DNA of 64,000 nt from Eledone cirrhosa (GCA_964016885.1 CAXHJY010001233.1:1-64000); one strand, 5' to 3'; numbered from the stretch's first letter, positions 27,661-42,454 are shown. The notes: a model not told the origin generated them from the sequence alone. Program-made: numbers and translations.

Positions 27661-28111
27661 TATGTATGCACATGTCTATGTATGTATGTATGCGTATGTA
27701 TTTATGTATTATATATTCTGCTAGGAGTTGCGACCGGTAGATAGTAATGGAAAGACCAATGGAAACAATATTTCCCGTGGTCTGATTTGATGAGATCCAC
27801 TCAACTCAGTAAGTGAATGAGTTCTTGCAACTTATAAATTGATTCTATCAATGTAATTGAAACAGTGTCTCATATTTCCATTTCGTGACACTCGTCAGTG
27901 TAGTGTTATGATATTTCCACACGAAGTCTCAAGATATAACGGACACTCAACTCGTTATTACGCAATGACACAATTAATTATTCAACAGCAACAAAATTGG
28001 CCGCCAAATGAATGCTTCCGTTGTGACCTCTACCTACAGGAGAATTTGACCTCATCATTCAACGGAACTTCAAAAATACAAACTAACGAGATTACACTAT
28101 CTTAGCTGCTC

Positions 28112-28250
28112 AGGCGCTGAGCTGGCCAGCCGTAGGTGTGAGCCTCGCGAGATGGAATGGATCTTCCAGCGCATCTCTCTTACCATCCTCCGAGGAAACG
28201 CCTTCTCCATTCTGTCCGCCGGAGCTGTGGGGAGGCCAGCACGTGGGACC
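28112..28250 (+). mobile_element. 5'-truncated CRE-clade non-LTR retrotransposon 3' end
   Basis: Frame from 28113 reads GAELASRRCEPREMEWIFQRISLTILRGNAFSILSA; homologous to 34431 and 63762 copies. Confidence 0.75.
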
Positions 28251-28903
28251 CCATTTTCTCACCATACGGAGAGATGGGGAGGGCGAGAGAGATGGAGGCG
28301 ATGACAGTAGGAGTTCTGCTCTTCCACGTTAGGACCATATCCTTGTGGGTGTGTTCATTAACCAGGTTAATGAACATAAAGTGTATTAGTTTCGCGGTTA
28401 AGAGGAAGAAGAATACGTTACAGTCAGCAAAAAAAAAAAAAAAAAAAAAAATGTTATGTTATATATTTGTCTATCTTTCGTAATACGTACCACACTATTG
28501 TCTCTTTAGGGTCAGTGAGTGTTGTTTGTCTTTCATCAAACACGGAATGAAACTAATGAGAAACAGACGATCGACCTTTGGCAAACGTCTGCTTTTTATC
28601 AACTCATCCAATAGTGATTTCAAACTGAAATTACGAATATAAAATGAACAAAAAAATTACTCAAAAATGCCTCAACTTATTTATCACTGTTTCTTGCGGA
28701 ACCCCTAGCGACCTCTAGCGGGGACCCAAAGGTTCCGGAGAATACCAGTTGAGAAACTCTGGTGTAAAATATGACACAATATACATGTGTGTATATAGGA
28801 ATATAGAGCCACATGTATGGATATAATTTGTCTTCTAAATAAATGCGAGTATTTAATAATATAGTCATAGGTCTGAATATAAAACGGCAAGTTGACATAG
28901 GCA

Positions 28904-29160
<257 letters not shown>

Positions 29161-29506
29161 ATTACACTATATTCATGTTTGTGTTGGAGAGGGCATGTGG
29201 GTGGAGAGAGAGAGAAAGTGACATTTTGTAGTTATCTGTGTGAATATAATAAATAGTATGAGTCGCGTGTGAATATAATTACAAATGAATCCGGATGTGA
29301 ATATAGAAATGCTTCCCCCCATCTACACACGTGTGTATATTACATTGCGTATAGATATATATATAGTGTGTGTGTGTGTGGACATACGAAGACAAGTATA
29401 TACATAAATAATCAACATAAACTATAGAGCTTCTTTTATGCAAACCAATAATTTATCAGAACGTAATTTTCAGTTTGTACAATTGTTCATATATCCAGTA
29501 ATCCTG

Positions 29507-29922
<416 letters not shown>

Positions 29923-30467
29923 CATACCAACCTTGGATTCCAGAAATTAAATACGTTCAACACTATTGCTGTCATTGTTGACAACACAGGTCCTGAAGTA
30001 CATGAAGAGAATCCGAGTGAGTGTATAAATACTGCAGCCAATGTACATGAGTGTATTCGAGCACGTATGTATATTGTATGTATACAACAAGACAACAAAA
30101 CATATGCATAAATAAAAGAGAAATAATAATGCATTTGTGTGTTTTTTTCTATTGCAGACGGTGTATGTAAACTGCACTGGTTAAGAGGTTCACTATCGAT
30201 TATACATTGCTATTGATGATGGAGTTGCGAGAATGGCAACAACGACGGTTAGAAGCAATGTTATATAAATGTCAATGTCCACAAATGGCAGACATGCAGC
30301 CAGCTTTACTAGCTAAAGACAGTCGCTGTGTTACAGTGGTGATATCATAATCTTCCAAACCAAACAGCACACACCCCGACATACAAGCCAACAAGCGAAA
30401 GAAATCAATTTACTGCTATATATAGATTATATTTTATACGTAAGAATATATGCACAAACACACACAC

Positions 30468-30561
<94 letters not shown>

Positions 30562-30563
<2 letters not shown>

Positions 30564-30615
30564 CTTCTACAGCACTAGAACTGTTTCATTCGTGAGAAAT
30601 CATCATCAGGAAGCT
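30562..30615 (-). ncRNA. Hammerhead ribozyme, family C (GUA site)
   Basis: Minus strand: agcttc-CTGATGA-tgatttctcacgaat-GAAAC-agttctagtgct-GTA-gaagct; 6-bp stem I, weak stem II. Confidence 0.7.
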
Positions 30616-30656
30616 GACTCTCTATATATAGAGTATAGAGCTCTCTCTCTCTCTCT

Positions 30657-30695
<39 letters not shown>

Positions 30696-30808
30696 GTGTG
30701 TGTGTGTGTGTGTTAAGTATTTCCAAAGAAAAAGCAAAGGAAAAAAGAGTGCTCTATGTATAGAACAGAGCTATTTAATTAGAAAGTTAACAACACAAAA
30801 TATAACTA

Positions 30809-30876
30809 CTCCATTACCAAAGGTTTCAAGACCCTAGACAATATTAACATATGTCTAGATCGTTCATCAGACAGAG
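30809..30876 (-). ncRNA. Hammerhead ribozyme, family D (GUA site), within element ~30715-30917
   Basis: Minus strand: ctctgt-CTGATGA-acgatctagacatat gtta atattgtctagggtctt-GAAACC-ttt-GGTA-atggag. Confidence 0.75.
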
Positions 30877-31524
30877 GGTTTATGGAGTAGTTATATATTG
30901 TGCTGTTTACTTTCTAAGAGGACGGGCGGGTTGGAATTGGAAAAAATTTCTTTAGATAAAAACAAAACAGGTCCATATGTGTGTGTGTGTGTGTGTGTCC
31001 AGTACCGAAAGTTTCATCCGACCCCACCAACATACCCCCAAACAGTCCTATTTTCTGGACACTGTAATTCGTTATATTTCTTTAAAAACACCCGAAGCCG
31101 TATCTCATCCTCGACCAAAATGTTTTTCCTTTCTGTGTTTGTTTTGTATTACGTGGCATGGTTCATTGTTCTGTCTACAATGTCTGGCTTGATTATTATA
31201 GTTTATCGTCCTTTATAACACACATTGTTTATCTCACTGGAATTGATAAACACGCCGAAATAAGGTCAACGTAACGACGTGAAATCAAATGATTTGATTC
31301 ATCCTAATCGTAGCCGATAGCAATTCTATTGTAGCTCTAGATTAACATTTCACGTATCATCATTGAACTTAACATTTGAGAGCAGTAAATGTTAACCAAA
31401 GATATAGCGAGGGAACCGTTATGCTGTTGCTAGATTTTACTAGAAATAACAACCAAAAGCCCCCTCTTTGAGTCACACTACACTGTCTTTAGAATAAAAG
31501 ACACAGTTGATGTTATGTTGAAAA

Positions 31525-31836
31525 TCCGTCACTTCCGACAAACAATGTTTCACTTGATCCGAACAGCCTGAAATCACAGTCCAAGTGGCTGATCATTCCA
31601 TAGAAATATATATATATATACTCTATGAAGGTCTCAGGGAGATTCAGTGGAACACTGTGTGTGACAAGGCTGTCCCTTTGAATTACAGGTACAACTCGCA
31701 TTAATGCCAGCCGAGTGGACTGGACCAATGTGAAATAAAGTGTCTTGCTCAAGGACACAACATGCCGCTAGGAGTCGAACTCACATCTTTACGATCGGGA
31801 ACCGAATATCTTAATCAGTAAACCACGTGCCTTCAC
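31525..31836 (-). mobile_element. S2 CORE-like SINE
   Basis: Reverse complement gtgaaggcacgtgg...gagttcgactcc...gtgtccttgagcaagacactttatttcac; 3' part also at ~2640-2710 and 41980-42185. Confidence 0.85.
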
Positions 31837-32503
31837 ACTGATAAGGTTGTCCTAAATATCACCCACCTTCCCCAAACATGGAATAACAGGTCGGCTCTAC
31901 GAAAAAAACAACAGCAATAACAGCAATAACAGCAACAACAACAACAACAGCAACTACAACAAAAACACCAACAACAACATCAACAATAAAGAGTAGAAAT
32001 AAGGATTTGTTGTTTGTATGGTAGAAGGAATTAGTTCGGAATTTTTTGTTTTAAAAAAAAAAAAGAAATGGTTAACAATTTCTCACCGTTTTTCATTCCT
32101 ATTTCGTTTCCGCCAAGCCTCGCTATCACTCACGGCAATGCTGTAGGTGATAGCGAGGCTTGTCTCAAATATTATAAAAAGGAGGCTCCAGTACCCCTTA
32201 TTGTGGTGTGTGGTGTGTCATTCAGTGTGCGGAATCTTCACTTTCACACACACCCGTTTGTTTGTTGTTGTTGTTGTTTTTCCCTTCTTTTGTTTCCGAT
32301 GCGTGTAAATATTCGTGAACAAGTAAAATGTGAAGAAGAAGAAGGGGCAAAGCATGACTTTAAAATGAATCAGCGTCTCCTTACTATTTACAAAGAGGAA
32401 GCGGATAGAATAGCGATCTTTTTCTTATTATTATTCTTCTTATTATTCTTTTTTTATTATCAACTTGATCAACTAGTTGAAAATAACCCAAAAAAAACAA
32501 CAA

Positions 32504-32538
<35 letters not shown>

Positions 32539-32987
32539 TGTATGTATGTATGTATGTATGTATGTATATGGAGGCGCTAACCTCGTAAAATTGCATAGCT
32601 TCTAGCAGAGAAAATATTACCGCAGGAGACAGAAAAATACAAGAAAAGAAAAAGAAAAGAACAGTTTCCGGTTGCGATAAAATGGCTGTCTCTGTGTCTC
32701 TCTCTATCAAACGACTGTACTAATTTCAAGGCATAGAAAGTAACCATGCCGTCAGTTTGAATAATTAGAAATATGATAGCGTTCACTTAAAGAGTTGAAT
32801 GAATTTTCATTTGTGTAAACTGACGTTAGAAACACCAGATAACCAATTAACTACTAAATGACTTTCAAGAGACATATTTCTATTTTTAAGAAGTTTTTTT
32901 TTTATTTACTGAAAGTGAACAAGTGTCGTCAATATTGACGGCAATAGCGTGGAAAGTAATTAATTTTTGTAGTTCAGGATTGGTATG

Positions 32988-33024
<37 letters not shown>

Positions 33025-33049
33025 TGTGTGGTGTATGTGTGTGTGTATG

Positions 33050-33201
33050 CCGGGTTCAATTGGGGTTAACCACAGTAAGTAAGGTACTCAATACATAGCA
33101 GAGTATAACTATTTAATATAGAAATGGCTTCTACAGGACTAGAACTGTTTCATTTCCTGATGATTTTCTTCGAATGAAACAGTTCTAGTCTTGTAGAAGC
33201 C

Positions 33202-33203
<2 letters not shown>
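33050..33203 (-). mobile_element. Family C PLE-like element with inverted HHR copy (HHR on + strand, 33154-33199)
   Basis: Inverted arms 33124-33154 and 33173-33203; ttc-CTGATGA-ttttcttcgaat-GAAAC-agttctagtctt-GTA-gaag. Confidence 0.8.
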
Positions 33204-33234
<31 letters not shown>

Positions 33235-33256
33235 TGTATGTATGTATGTATGTATG

Positions 33257-33288
<32 letters not shown>

Positions 33289-33427
33289 AGGTAAACAGAA
33301 ATAACACAATCGGTACAGTATATGGAAGGGATATATCATAATACAATAAAGTAAGGAGTGTGGGACTGCGTCCTGAATATATTTTTTTACCCCGTTAGTA
33401 AAATAAGTCGGATTACTTTGAATAAAT

Positions 33428-33580
33428 GATTGTTTCTACTTTTGGCACAAGGCCAGCAATTATCACAGTGTATTACTGGTACTTTATTTTATCGACCCCG
33501 TAGGGATGAAAGGCAAAGTTAACCTCGGCGGGATTTGAACTCAGACCATAAAGGGCCGTAACTCTTTGCTGCAAAGAATG
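33428..33580 (-). mobile_element. S1 SINE
   Basis: Homology to S1 consensus. Confidence 0.85.
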
Positions 33581-33964
33581 AATATTACATGATTTATCTA
33601 CTAAATTTCGTAGCTGTTGATTAAACATAAATATTCTGATATATAATTGTTGCTTATTTTAAGATTCACTTCTTTAAAACATGTCAATACTTCCGGTTCT
33701 GATATAACGGACGCTATATTATGTCACTTATAAACGCTATATATTTGCATCGTTATATCATAACGTTTATATTGCAATATCAATATACACACTACACACT
33801 ACACACCACACACCACACACTACACACCACACACCACACACTACACACCACACACCACACACCACACACCACACACTACACACTACACACCACACACCAC
33901 ACACTACACACCACACACCACACATGCTAACAGAAAACCACCGAAACGGTGGTTTTTCTGCTAG

Positions 33965-34030
33965 TTAGGTTAATGCTTGATATAGCAGGAAGAGGGTTTT
34001 AGCGTTTCGGACGCTAGTCCTTCATCAAAA
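33965..34030 (-). mobile_element. Family A HHR element fragment (degenerate core)
   Basis: Minus strand TTGATGAaggactagcgtccGAAACGCT. Confidence 0.65.
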
Positions 34031-34034
34031 GAAA

Positions 34035-34091
<57 letters not shown>

Positions 34092-34430
34092 ATTAGACGA
34101 GGAATTGGCAGAGGTCGTTAGAACGTCGGATAGAATACTTTACGGTTATCGTTTCGGCTCTTAGCTCTCTGAGTTCAAATCCCACCGAGGTCGATAAGTA
34201 AAAGGTACCAGTCTAGAACTGGGGTCTATTCTTCCTCTTATATCTCTTTCATATTTCCAATGACTCTCTCTCTCCCTCTCTCTCTCTCTCTCGAAGAAAT
34301 TTCCTGTATTTAGATTTGGGCTCCGCCAGGTTTACAAATGCCCTCGAGATGCTGTATATCAATACGGTACTCCTACAACTCATTCAGGAGTTACAGGACC
34401 GTGAATTCATGCAAATGTATACAAATCTAG

Positions 34431-34716
34431 CCGCAACCTGGTGCAGTCTGCGACTAACCCAGGCTCTGCTGCACGTCGGGCTGAGGAGGCCAAACTCTTC
34501 AAAAACCGGTCGCTCTCCGACAGGTTTGCCGTTGTACCCTTGGCAGTGGAGACTTCTGGTGTCCTCAGCCCTAGGGCTACCTCCCTACTCACCACCATAG
34601 GCGTGAGCCTCGCGAGCTGGAATGGCTTTACCAGCGCGCCTCCCCTGCCGTCCTCCGGGGAAACGCCTTCTCCATTCTGTCCGCCGTGGCTGTGGGGAGG
34701 CCACCAATATGATTGA
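34431..34716 (+). mobile_element. 5'-truncated CRE-clade non-LTR retrotransposon (RLE endonuclease C-terminus), frameshifted
   Basis: SAARRAEEAKLFKNRSLSDRFAVVPLAVETSGVL... then after a 22-bp deletion QRASPAVLRGNAFSIL; matches the F.P..VE..G and QR.S....RGNA motifs of CRE elements. Confidence 0.78.
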
Positions 34717-35210
34717 CTGACTTGTCATTTTATCAGTCAGATGTTCTAATGATTCTATATATATATATTACCAGTTATATGAGCAGTCATACAAACTAGG
34801 AAAAAATTCGCATTTTGATAAATGATCGGTTTCGATAAGAGAAACCCTATAGTCTATGTTAATAACTGACGCGTGGAAGTAATTAAATAAATGTTTAACA
34901 TATATGTAGAAACGTACGAATGACATACAGAATTAAATATATGAGTAATTTTGATCAAATAACTATTTACAGAGACAAATGTAATTTGAGAAAACAGGAC
35001 TTTGTGATTGGAAAACGAACTTGATAGCAACATGATAGAAATAGGAACTGTATTGTGTGTATGTTTGTAGATTGTTAAGAGGTAGAAACGGATGTTGCAG
35101 CTGGTAGATAATATCAGCAATAGATAGACCAATAGAAACATTGATTCCTTGAACTGATTTCATGAGTTCCATCCTACTCGGTAAGTGAATGAGCTCGGAT
35201 CTTGTCGATC

Positions 35211-35285
<75 letters not shown>

Positions 35286-35291
<6 letters not shown>

Positions 35292-35405
35292 AACAGAAAT
35301 AACAACACAATCGGTACAGAATATGGAAGGTATATATTAGGTTAACGCTTGATATAGCAGGAAGAGGGGCTTAACGTTTCGGACGCTAGTCCTTCGTCGG
35401 AAGAA
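35286..35405 (-). mobile_element. Family A HHR element
   Basis: Minus strand cttCCGACGAaggactagcgtccGAAACGTTaag plus 85-nt tail ending in (TA)n. Confidence 0.75.
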
Positions 35406-35907
35406 AGAATGGGAAATAAGACAGAGAGAGAGAGAGAGAGAGAAGGGGGGGGGGTATAATAGGTGGTTATTATAATTACATTCGAACGCATTAGACGTAT
35501 TCATCTCCTATCCATACTTATTGCAGTTATTATTGAAATCTTCTTAATGTTGATTTTTCTAAAAATTAATTTCAAAGATGGCGTCAAAAATGTCGTCCGT
35601 TGTTTCTGCAAGTTGACTTAGCAAATCAGGTTAGGGTTAATGGGATGAGTTAAAAAGGGGAAACTGTCCTTCCCACTCCAGGTTTTCTATCCTTAAGCAC
35701 TAAATTCCCAAGTATTCACCATCTTCACCTCCACCATCCCTGCAGTGGACAGTAGCAATAACAGCACCACCAACAATATCAGCAGACTATATATAATATA
35801 TGAAGGAATGCATATTGTATGAATGAAAAGAATGCATGCATGGATGCAATATATGTATGCATGTAGGTATGTTCTTCTGGTTTTATTATTTGTTTAAATT
35901 TATTACC

Positions 35908-35993
<86 letters not shown>

Positions 35994-36096
35994 CATTGGA
36001 ATTCAGATAGCATCAACTATATAATTACGTATGCATGTATGTATGGCTATTATTGCATGTGTGAAGCTGGACGTTTTAAGGCACATATATATGTAC

Positions 36097-36130
<34 letters not shown>

Positions 36131-36269
36131 GTACATATATATATATGTACATATATATATATATATATATATATTTTTCATTTTATTAAGGATAATAAAT
36201 ATTTAAACTCTAGTTTGGTATTGAGAACTCTTTTCTCTCGGTTGTCTACTACTATTAGTACACACACAC

Positions 36270-36332
<63 letters not shown>

Positions 36333-36630
36333 ATGCTTGTATGTATAGGCTTAGGCTAAAAGCAAACGCTTAGGAAAGTAGAATTTCGGAATGCTGTAGG
36401 AAAAGAGAAAAAGAATCAGGTTGCTGAGTATGTTTTTGTAGTGCTAGTTGCTGCTGGCATAATGGCGGCGGTGTGGCAATATGATGAGACTGGCGGCGGT
36501 GTGGCAATATGATGAGACTGGCACTGCAATATCTATCCCTTATGTTGCAGAGAGTCGGATGAAAGATCGATTGAAAGAATAGATGAGAAACATGTTTCTA
36601 AAACTGAAGTTCAAAGAGGAGAGAAGAAGA

Positions 36631-36800
36631 GGTGGTGGTGGTGGTGGTGGTGGTGGTGGTGGTGGTGGTGGTGGTGATGGTGATAGTGGTGGTGGTGGTG
36701 GTGATGGTGGTGGTGATGATGGTGGTGATGGTGGTGGTGGTGATGGTGGTGGTGGTGGTGGTGGTGGTGATGGTGGTGGTGATGGTGGTGGTGGTGGCGG
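36631..36800. repeat. (GGT)n/GAT repeat
   Basis: Direct inspection; (AGT)n follows at ~36991-37062. Confidence 0.95.
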
Positions 36801-36990
36801 AGAAGAAGAAGATGAAAGAGGATATTGTGTGACTTGTGTTGAGTGACTCGACATAAGAGTTAGAGAATAAAAATGGAGAGAGAGAAAGAGAGAGAAAGAT
36901 ATATATATATGAGAGAGAGAGAGAGAGATGTATAGATAGAGAGAGAGCGGCCAGCGTGAGACAGAGAGGAAGAGAGAGTATTATTATTAT

Positions 36991-37062
<72 letters not shown>

Positions 37063-37420
37063 CGGTGGTAGTGGTGGTGGTGGTTGTAGTAGTTTAATGT
37101 AATATAGATGGAATGTTAAGTTATGACGTACAGATATATCGGTTATTATTCAACAAAACTGACTGACCTAGAATATTCTGAGACTGCGCGACAGAAGGTG
37201 CGAGCAGCCGGGTGTGTGTGTGTGTGCGTGTGCGTGTGCGTGTGCGTGTGCGTGTGTGTGCGTGTGTGCGTGTGTGTGTGTGTGCGTGTGTGTGTGTGTG
37301 CGTGTGTGTGTGCGTGTGAGAGATGGTGGGGAGAGGGAATGGGAAAAATACACACACACGCATTCATATATATACTGTATATATATATACGTATCTTTAG
37401 CTGTCTCTCTGTGTGTGTGG

Positions 37421-37455
<35 letters not shown>

Positions 37456-37732
37456 TTCATATATATATATCATTCAAGAATAGACAAGTCAAAAACCGAG
37501 ATGCAAAAACACAAAGCCTTATGAGAGAGCGGGGAGGGGGAGAGAGAGAGGAGAGAGAGAGGCAGAGAGAGAGAGAGGCTGACAGTATGAAAGAGAGTGT
37601 GTTTATGAAAGAAAAAGATGCAGACAAACGAGAGGTTAGATGAGTGGGATGCCTTAAATATAATATAAAGAATGGTTTTAAATTGAGGCTGGAAGGCAGT
37701 ATTTTCAGGTGAGGATAACGGTCAATTGTATC

Positions 37733-38635
37733 AACACCACATCACCACTACACCACTACACCACTACACCACTACACCACATCACCACTACACCACATCA
37801 CCACTACACCACTACACCACATCACCACTACACCACTACATCACTACACCACATCACCACTACACCACATCACCACTACACCACTACACCACTACACCAC
37901 ATCACCACTACATCACTACACCACTACACCACTACACCACTACACCACTACACCACATCACCACTACACCACTACACCACTACACCACTACATCACTACA
38001 CCACTACACCACTACACCACATCACCACTACACCACTACACCACATCACCACTACATCACTACACCACTACACCACTACACCACTACACCACATCACCAC
38101 TACACCACATCACCACTACACCACTACACCACTACACCACTACACCACATCACCATACACCACTACACCACTACACCACTACACCATTACACCACTACAC
38201 CACTACACCACTACACCACTACACCACTACACCACTACACCACATCACCACTACACCACTACACCACTACACCACTACACCACTACACCACATCACCATA
38301 CACCACTACACCACTACACCACTACACCATTACACCACTACACCACATCACCACTACACCACTACACCACTACACCACTACACCACTACACCACATCACC
38401 ACTACACCACATCACCACTACACCACTACACCACTACACCACTACATCACTACACCACTACACCACATCACCACTACACCACTACACCACTACACCATTA
38501 CACCACTACACCACATCACCACTACACCACATCACCACTACACCACATCACCACATCACCACTACACCACTACATCACTACACCACATCACCACTACACC
38601 ACTACACCACTACACCACTACACCACTACACCAAA
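37733..38635. repeat. TACACCAC-based mosaic minisatellite
   Basis: 8-mer tacaccac interspersed with atcaccac and tacatcac variants; source of the H/Y/T/P pseudo-ORFs. Confidence 0.95.
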
Positions 38636-38674
38636 TCCCACCGAGTTACTAAAGAAGTGGTGTAATGGTGTAGT

Positions 38675-39165
38675 GAACTCAGAACGTAAAGAACGACGAC
38701 AACAACAACCGCAAGGTATTTCGTCTGTTCCCCGACCACTCTATATACATAGAATAAAGCTAACTTCAGCGGCATTTCAAATTAGAATGTAAAGGGATGT
38801 AACTCTATACCACGAAGTATGTCGTCGGGCGCTCTACCGATTATTGCGATCTACCTACCTTCATAACTGTTTCTACTTTTGGCACAAGGCCAGCAATTAC
38901 CCCAGTACATTACTGGTACTTTATTTTATCGACCCCGTAAGGATGAAAGGCAAAGTTGACCTCGACGGGATTTTAACTCGGTCGGTAAAGGGACGTAACT
39001 CTATGCTGGAAAGTATGGTGTCCGACTCTACCGATACTGCCAATCCACCCTCATAATAACAATAATGGTTTCTTCTGATTTAAGTACAGGGCCAACAATT
39101 TTTTTTTTGGGGGGGGGGGGGCAAGTTGATTAAATCAACCCCAGTGTGTTACTGGTACTTATCTT
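38675..39165 (-). mobile_element. Cluster of S1 SINE copies and fragments
   Basis: Best copy at 38865-39050. Confidence 0.82.
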
Positions 39166-39214
39166 TGACAACTAATAACAATAACAAGATCAAATAAACT
39201 ATATATTTCTAAGC

Positions 39215-39420
39215 GCGATATCTGGGCTGGGTTGTTTGTTGGTTTCTTGAGCGAAACACTTCATTCCAAGTTGCTCCAGTGTACTCAGCTGAAAAGAAGT
39301 ACCAGCAATAGTTGTAGATTTAACCTTGCGATGTTCAGGGGGAGTGGGATCTTGTACTCTTAGTCGTTTAAAGCCACAGAAACCTGAATAAACACGGCCT
39401 GGCGACCTTCGGGGTTCCAG
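39215..39420 (+). mobile_element. S2 SINE, headless fragment
   Basis: ttcttgagcgaaacacttcattcc...ttgctccagtgtactcagctgaaaagaagtacc, homologous to 27410 copy. Confidence 0.7.
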
Positions 39421-39579
39421 ACAGGAGACTTTAGACAGCAGCAAACAGATAAACAATATTAAACATTTTTTTTTTTTTAATGGGGAAAATACGAAGTGTA
39501 GAGAAGTGATATGAAAGGACGCACTGTCAGGTATAGAGGGTGGACTATTTTATAGGAAATTCTACATATTCTATCAGAG

Positions 39580-39617
<38 letters not shown>

Positions 39618-39754
39618 TTGTATCTACTCGCATCACAGTTAACTAATTATGGTTGTAACCGAATTTCCTTCCCGGTTTCGGGTCGATTGCTTTTCTATTT
39701 TTACGTCAATCGTTTCATTAGAGGCCTACCACTCTTAAGCCTAAATATTTTACG

Positions 39755-39852
<98 letters not shown>

Positions 39853-40150
39853 CTCTCTCTCTCTGTAACAACAAAGTTACAAGACAGAAGGGAATGACAT
39901 AAACAACATCGGTTTCTACACCTGTATAAACACACACACACACACACAGGTATAGGTGTGTATATATATATATATATATATATCATGGACTTCCGCAGTT
40001 TCCAACTGCCAAAGAATTGGTTAATCCGAAGAGATAGTATGGAATCATGCAGTGAAATCTAAACCGGAAACACATGGTTTACGGCGGGATCTTTTTTAAC
40101 CACACAGCGGCGCCTGCGAAGTGAACACAAACATCTCTCTCTCTCTATAA

Positions 40151-40181
<31 letters not shown>

Positions 40182-40242
40182 TTGCCACTACAGGAATTGA
40201 ATAATCAAAACTGTAGCGGTATGTCGTATAACCAATCTCTTA

Positions 40243-40310
40243 TATATTTTATCTGATGAAAACGTACTTAAACACCATTGTACCTTTGAAATATGTATAA
40301 TAAAATATAT
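40243..40310 (+). ncRNA. Hammerhead ribozyme, family E (AUA site)
   Basis: tatattttat-CTGATGA-aaacgtac..gtaccttt-GAAAT-atgt-ATA-ataaaatata. Confidence 0.8.
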
Positions 40311-40359
40311 ATTTTGCTTATGATAATATTTCTCATTTATTAATATTTTGAAAGCAAAA

Positions 40360-40460
40360 GATACAGTACAATGAAGAAATATATTAGTTTAACGCTTGAT
40401 ATAGTAGGAAAAGAGTCGGTAAGCTTCGACGTTTCGGACACTAGTCCTTCATCAGAAGAT
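40360..40460 (-). mobile_element. Family A HHR element with GUC site
   Basis: Minus strand ctt-CTGATGA-aggac tagt gtcc-GAAAC-GTC-gaag. Confidence 0.75.
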
Positions 40461-41558
40461 AAAATGAAAAATAAAAGATGAAATAAAACCGTAGTGGCTG
40501 AGAAGAGAAAGGAAAAAGCTCGCGTGTATTCAATCATTTTGGATGAGAGAGAGGGATAGTAAGAGAGAGAGAGAGGAGGAGGATGGTAATGGTGGTGACG
40601 TCAACGGCGACGAAGATGGCTGCGATACTAACACTTAATTTAAATTCTCCGATTCCTTCAAGACAGCTTTTACTTCACTTGAACGACTAAGGTGTGACGT
40701 AAAGTTAACAACTCCGCCGTCTCTAGACAACACTAATACAAGATGGCGCCGTCAGCCATGATCTCTCTCTCTCTCTCTCTCTCTCCAATCCGACTCAGAA
40801 ATCCATTATACGACGTTGATGGTTATCTTCATTGAAACAGAATTAAATTAAATATGGAAATATGTCTGTTTATCTGTCCATATGTAAGTATATGTTTGTG
40901 TGTGTGTGTGTATATATGTACATGTGATTGTATCTGTGTATAAATATATACATATATATGTATGTATGTGTGTATGTATGTATGTGTCTATGTATGTACA
41001 TGTGACTATATCTGTGTATAAATATATACATATATATGTATGTGTCTATGTATGTATGTGTGTATGTATGCATGTGTGTGTATGTATGTACATGTGACTA
41101 TATCTGTGTATAAATATATACATATATGTATGTATGTACGTGTGACTACATCTGTGTATAATTGTATGGATGTATGCGTGTATGCGTGATTATGTAAATA
41201 TGCGTGAGCATGTATGTGTGGATACATGTATGGTGTATGTATGTATGTATGTATGGTGTATGTAAGTATACGTGCGTGCCTGGAACTGTGAAATCATTAA
41301 TTGAAAGAAAGTGACAGAGAGACAGACTGACAGACAGAGAGGGGGTGGGAAGAGAGATGAAGAAGAGAGAAAGGAAGAGAGAGAGAAAGGAAGAGAGAAA
41401 AGAAGAAGAAGAGAGAGAGAGAGAGGGGGGGGAGAGAACCGGTGAATGACCGATAGTATATTGTAATTACGTACAAGGACGTTAAACACCGTTTAAGAAT
41501 TTTCACCTTCACCTTGCTTCCAATAGTTATTTACGCATAACCTTAACACGTATGTATG

Positions 41559-41655
<97 letters not shown>

Positions 41656-42235
41656 GGGGGGGAGAGAGAGAGAGAGAGAGAATGTTTGCACGTAATCTGT
41701 AAAGGGATATATGCATACATAAACACACATGTAATTATGTGTATATACATATATATATATATACACATGTCTGTGTATAAGACTATTTGGTGCTGCAGCA
41801 TGACCAAATATTTAAGTTTAAGTCCGAAGTGCAATCATTAATGTCGCGGGTTCGTCCCGTCTTCGTGACATCTTTAGTAAATGTCATTTATATACACACA
41901 AATATATATCTTTGGGTAAGTCCAGGCTTTGTGTATGAAATCGAGTAAACGGAAACAGCTTGGGAGCTCGTCCGATGGGCTGTACCTGTGTAATTCAAAG
42001 GGTCAACCTCAACACATGCACATACCCACACACACACAAACGCCCGAATCTCCCTGAGGATTACTTTAAGGGTATCTGTAAAATGCTCAGCCATTCACGC
42101 GTTAGTTTCACAAGCAGCCTGCTCCGTTTGTTTGATAGAACAACAAATGGAGCGCTCATCGTCGAAACCGAAGTAGAACCGTTCCATAATGTATATGTAT
42201 AAGTGTACACACACACAATGTATATGTATAAGTGT

Positions 42236-42311
<76 letters not shown>

Positions 42312-42394
42312 ATGTGTATGTATATATATTATATACACACAAATATATATACATATATATATATGTATATATGTATATATATATGTATAAGTGT

Positions 42395-42454
<60 letters not shown>

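Noticed and set aside
30140-30350. Strong splice acceptor ttttttctattgcag (others at 4549 and 8610)
   Set aside because: All frames stop soon after or no convincing donor follows; such acceptors are common by chance in AT-rich DNA
37709-38665. Long ORFs of 318 and 308 aa, and similar ones at 4624, 7742, 16872, 18037 and 57945
   Set aside because: Open only because the simple repeats lack stop codons; multiple frames are open and no domain is present
42121-42185. Half-hammerhead GAAACcgaaGTA after a hairpin
   Set aside because: No CUGAnGA, and it aligns with the S2 SINE 3' part seen at 31525-31600
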